54,986 bases of DNA from a virus (taxonomy: Duplodnaviria > Caudoviricetes): the IMG/VR virus record IMGVR_UViG_3300044795_000115, positions 1-54,986 of that record; one strand, written 5' to 3'. Below, piece by piece: positions 54,860-54,986 of this stretch; the stretch's first letter is position 1; each line of letters opens with the position of its first letter. The notes under the pieces were generated by a model. It was not told where the DNA came from, did not search any database, and was given only the letters and a program-made list of their open reading frames with translations. Position numbers and translations under genes: made by a program.

Positions 54860-54986
54860 CCGGGAAAATCCCGGGAAAGGAGTTTGGCGCGCATATTGCT
54901 TCGATAGAAGCCGGGCTTATTTTTGAGATCAGGGCTTCCGAGGCCGACGTTATAGACGAGGGCGGTGAGGGCGTCGAGCTGGTTGG
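54860..54986. repeat. Terminal direct repeat, copy 2 (circularisation overlap)
   Basis: Exact 127-bp copy of the window start. Confidence 0.97.

Noticed and set aside
54860-54986. 127-bp terminal repeat as a biological DTR
   Set aside because: The length matches a common assembler k-mer and the break falls inside the endolysin gene, so it is most likely an assembly overlap

Overview
The window is an apparently complete, circularly assembled tailed-phage genome of about 54,859 bp. Bases 1-127 repeat exactly at 54860-54986, most likely a k-mer overlap from assembly. The + strand carries a podovirus-type virion module: TerL, portal, scaffold, major capsid, cement, head-tail adaptor, nozzle/stabilisation protein, GNAT-like protein and ejection proteins. 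Next comes a coupled five-gene block in which both giant fibre/adhesin-like proteins (1912 and 2148 aa) start with Sec-type signal peptides and sit beside a Spy/CpxP-like periplasmic protein. Then follow a recombination/replication module (YqaJ-like exonuclease, HNH, RecT-like protein, AAA_25 helicase, iteron-rich origin) and envelope genes (Cys-rich secreted protein, PEP-CTERM-like protein, Tat lipoprotein-like protein, holin-like protein). A minus-strand arm of small genes covers about 48.5-54.3 kb. A GH24 endolysin spans the contig junction on the minus strand and is absent from the ORF track. I recognised no integrase, DNA polymerase, primase, tRNA or CRISPR array. The host is inferred to be a diderm bacterium, possibly Acidobacteriota. 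The most unusual signals are the exported fibre operon, at least seven protamine-like microproteins interleaved with virion genes, two structured cis-RNAs and a lone parS-like site. All family assignments come from motif recognition by eye, not from database searches.
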